This document shows positions 61,472 to 64,000 of a stretch of DNA of 64,000 nt, one piece after another. Position numbers and translations under genes: made by a program. The DNA comes from Longimicrobiales bacterium (lineage in GTDB: Bacteria; Gemmatimonadota; Gemmatimonadetes; Longimicrobiales; Gaopeijiaceae): the NCBI GenBank assembly GCA_965198065.1, contig CBDAON010000004.1, positions 1,760,001 to 1,824,000 of the forward strand, in the 5' to 3' direction. Every line of letters begins with the position of its first letter. The stretch's first letter is position 1. The notes under the pieces are model-generated. The model saw nothing but the letters and a program-made list of their open reading frames with translations. It was not told the origin of the DNA and ran no database searches.

Positions 61472-62676
61472 CGCCCGCCCGGGCTCGAAGGGGTCGTGGC
61501 TCCGGTGTCCCCCGGCGGCGTCACGACCATCGCGTCGCCGTACGAGTAAAAACGGTATCCGGACGCGACCGCGTGCCCGTACGCCGCGAACGTTGTCCGA
61601 TATCCGGCAAACGCTGCGACGAGCATGAGGAGCGTGGACCTGGGCAGGTGGAAGTTCGTGACCAGCCCGTCCACGACACGGAAACGGAATCCGGGAGCGA
61701 CGAACAGGTCGGTCTCTCCCTCCCCGGCCCGGACGCCGCCGTCCCCGTCCGCGGCGCTCTCGAGCGTTCGGACCACCGTCGTCCCGACGGCCCAGACCCG
61801 CCCCGCGTGCCCTCGTGCCTCGGCGACCGCCAGGGCCGCCTCCTTGGGCACCCTCCAGTGCTCACGGTCCATCCGATGCTCGTCGATCCTAGCGGCCGAC
61901 ACCGGGCGGAAGCTCCCGGGTCCTATATGGAGCGTTACGCTCGCCATCCCCACGCCCCGGGCGCGGATCCGCTCCAGAAGCTCCCGCGTGAAGTGGAGCC
62001 CGGCCGTAGGGGCCGCGACCGATCCCGGGGTGCCGGAGTAGACGGTCTGGTAGCGCTCGCGGTCGAGCGGCTCGTCCTCCCGATCGATGTATGGGGGCAA
62101 GGGGATCCGACCGTTCCGCTCGAGCGCCTCCCTCAAGGGGACCGAGCTCTCGAGGCGGACCACCCGGGACCCGTCTGCGAACCCCTCCTCCACGATGACC
62201 TCCAGCTCGGGCGAGACGACGACCCTCCGGCCCGGCTTGAGCTTCGAGCCAGGTCGAACGAGCGCCTCCCACGTGGCGGCGCCAAGCGGATCGCCGCCCT
62301 TCTCCACGGGCCGGAGCAGGAGCACCTCACACTCCGCTCCCGTAGGCTTCCGGCCCAGGAGCCGCACCGGGAGGACTCGGCTCTCGTTCACGACGAGGAG
62401 GTCGCCGGCCCGAAGGAGCGAGGGAAGTTCGGCAAAGGTGAGGTCCAGGAACGAGCCGGAGGGGGACGTGTCGGAGACGACACCCGGATCTACGCCATGC
62501 GCGCTGCCGGAGCGCACGTCCCGGGAGGCCTCAAGCCCCTCCCTGGCCACGGCGAGCAGCCGGCTCCCGTCTCGGCGCTCCGCCGGGTAGCGCGCGACGC
62601 GCCCGGGCGGGAGCACGTACTCGTACGCGTCCGTCCGAAGCAAGTCCGGCGGAGGGGGCGGAGCGGAGCGCGTCAC
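61468..62676 (-). CDS. queA: SAM:tRNA ribosyltransferase-isomerase
   Basis: [28 protein letters not shown] and FYSYGD. Confidence 0.97.
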   Translation of the reverse strand: MTRSAPPPPPDLLRTDAYEYVLPPGRVARYPAERRDGSRLLAVAREGLEASRDVRSGSAHGVDPGVVSDTSPSGSFLDLTFAELPSLLRAGDLLVVNESRVLPVRLLGRKPTGAECEVLLLRPVEKGGDPLGAATWEALVRPGSKLKPGRRVVVSPELEVIVEEGFADGSRVVRLESSVPLREALERNGRIPLPPYIDREDEPLDRERYQTVYSGTPGSVAAPTAGLHFTRELLERIRARGVGMASVTLHIGPGSFRPVSAARIDEHRMDREHWRVPKEAALAVAEARGHAGRVWAVGTTVVRTLESAADGDGGVRAGEGETDLFVAPGFRFRVVDGLVTNFHLPRSTLLMLVAAFAGYRTTFAAYGHAVASGYRFYSYGDAMVVTPPGDTGATTPSSPGGR

Positions 62677-63719
62677 TCGTCGGGAGTATGGAAGAGAGAC
62701 GCCTGGTCCCGGAGCGCGTCAGGGGGACTGAAGCCGAACCGTCGATAGGCGCGGGGTGTGGCGATGCGACCGCGCGGGGTCCTCATCAGGAACCCCTCCT
62801 GGATGAGGAAGGGCTCGTACACCTCCTCGAGGGTCCCCGTGTCCTCCCCCACGGCGACGCCGAGGGAGCCCAGCCCAACAGGTCCTCCCTCGAACTTCTC
62901 CAGGATCGTCTTGAGGATCCGGGCATCCATCTCGTCCAGACCGTACTCGTCCACGTCCAGTAGCTCCAGCGCGGCGTTCGCCACCTCGCTGTCGATCGAC
63001 CCCGACGCCCGGACCTCCGCGTAGTCCCGGACTCTCCGGAGGAGGCGATTCGCGACCCGCGGGGTGCCTCGCGAGCGACGGGCCAGCTCTTCGGCCCCCT
63101 CCCCCGTGACCTCGATACCGAGGATTCGCGCGCTCCGCCGGATGATCCTGTCCAGATCGGAGGGCGGGTAATAGTTCAGCCGCTGCACGATCCCGAACCG
63201 CGCGCGCATGGGCGCGGTGAGGAGGCCGAACCGGGTGGTCGCGCCCACCAGCGTGAAGGGCGCAATCTCAAGCGTCATCGTCTGGGCCTTGGGTCCTTCC
63301 GAGATCCGGATCTCCACCCGGTGGTCCTCCATCGCCGGGTACAGGAACTCCTCGATAATGGGGCGGAGCCGGTGGATCTCGTCGATGAAGAGAACGTCGC
63401 CCCGCTTCTGGTTCGTGAGGATCCCCACGAGATCGGCGGGCTTCTCCAGGACCGGCCCCGACGTGGTCTTGATCTGAGCGCCCATCTCCGTCGAGAGCAG
63501 CGCGGCGAGCGTCGTCTTTCCCAGCCCGGGCGGGCCGTGGAAGAGAACGTGGTCGAGCGGCTCGCGCCGCCGCCTCGCCGCCTCGACCGCGATCCCGAGC
63601 GCGTCCCGGAGCTTGTCCTGCCCGATGAACTCGCCGAGCCGGCGGGGGCGGAGATCCTTCTCGACCACGCGGTCCTCGCCGAGCTCCTCCGGTGTCGTGA
63701 CCTGGTGCTCGGCGCTCAT
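62673..63719 (-). CDS. ruvB: Holliday junction branch-migration helicase
   Basis: [19 protein letters not shown] and RGTPR. Confidence 0.98.
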   Translation of the reverse strand: MSAEHQVTTPEELGEDRVVEKDLRPRRLGEFIGQDKLRDALGIAVEAARRRREPLDHVLFHGPPGLGKTTLAALLSTEMGAQIKTTSGPVLEKPADLVGILTNQKRGDVLFIDEIHRLRPIIEEFLYPAMEDHRVEIRISEGPKAQTMTLEIAPFTLVGATTRFGLLTAPMRARFGIVQRLNYYPPSDLDRIIRRSARILGIEVTGEGAEELARRSRGTPRVANRLLRRVRDYAEVRASGSIDSEVANAALELLDVDEYGLDEMDARILKTILEKFEGGPVGLGSLGVAVGEDTGTLEEVYEPFLIQEGFLMRTPRGRIATPRAYRRFGFSPPDALRDQASLFHTPDE

Positions 63720-64000
63720 CGACCTGCTAACGCCCTTCGGACCAGCTCGTTCGTGTCCGCGGGCACACCATCCTCCTCCAGCGCGTCACGGACCGCCACC
63801 TCGGCCTCCCCGTACGACATTCCGAGGGCGACGAGGGCCCGCACGGCCGCCTGCGCGTGCTGCGCCTGGCCGGAGGGCTCCGCTCCGTCCACGGCGAGGT
63901 CTCCCACGCGATCCGCGAGCTCCACCACGAGCTTCTCCGCCTTCTTCTTCCCGATCCCGGGCACCTGGACGAGCGCGCCCACGTCCCTCTCGGCGAGGGC
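63716..64000 (-). CDS. ruvA: Holliday junction protein RuvA (3' part only)
   Basis: [11 protein letters not shown]...ALVALG; directly upstream of ruvB. Confidence 0.92.
   Translation of the reverse strand, partial: ALAERDVGALVQVPGIGKKKAEKLVVELADRVGDLAVDGAEPSGQAQHAQAAVRALVALGMSYGEAEVAVRDALEEDGVPADTNELVRRALAGR

Overview
High-GC bacterial DNA; gene content and order suggest Gemmatimonadota, which is an inference. The window has two parts. (1) About 0.9-27.0 kb is a decaying genomic island. It has a 5'-half tRNA-Ala(TGC) fragment joined to a 123-bp att-like unit, which recurs at 13.4 kb near a tyrosine-integrase relic. It also holds degenerate IS1595, IS256 and IS3 elements, many gene fragments and frameshifted cargo genes, and a DUF6361-PLD-helicase (Azaca-like) defence operon whose helicase is truncated. 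An apparently intact three-gene module (262-aa unknown protein, 74-aa antitoxin-like protein, PemK/MazF toxin) is the best candidate for an undescribed system. (2) About 27.1-64 kb is intact core genome: NosR-like/ApbE flavinylation pair, peptidoglycan-recycling genes (two GH3, NamZ), DUF3108, D-amino-acid aminotransferase, PspA, uvrA, htpX, TamB/TamA, tsaD, and the long minus-strand run ruvA-ruvB-queA-tgt-yajC-def-fmt-thiE-thiS-thiG-rsmB. All calls come from motif recognition by eye; no database searches were run.
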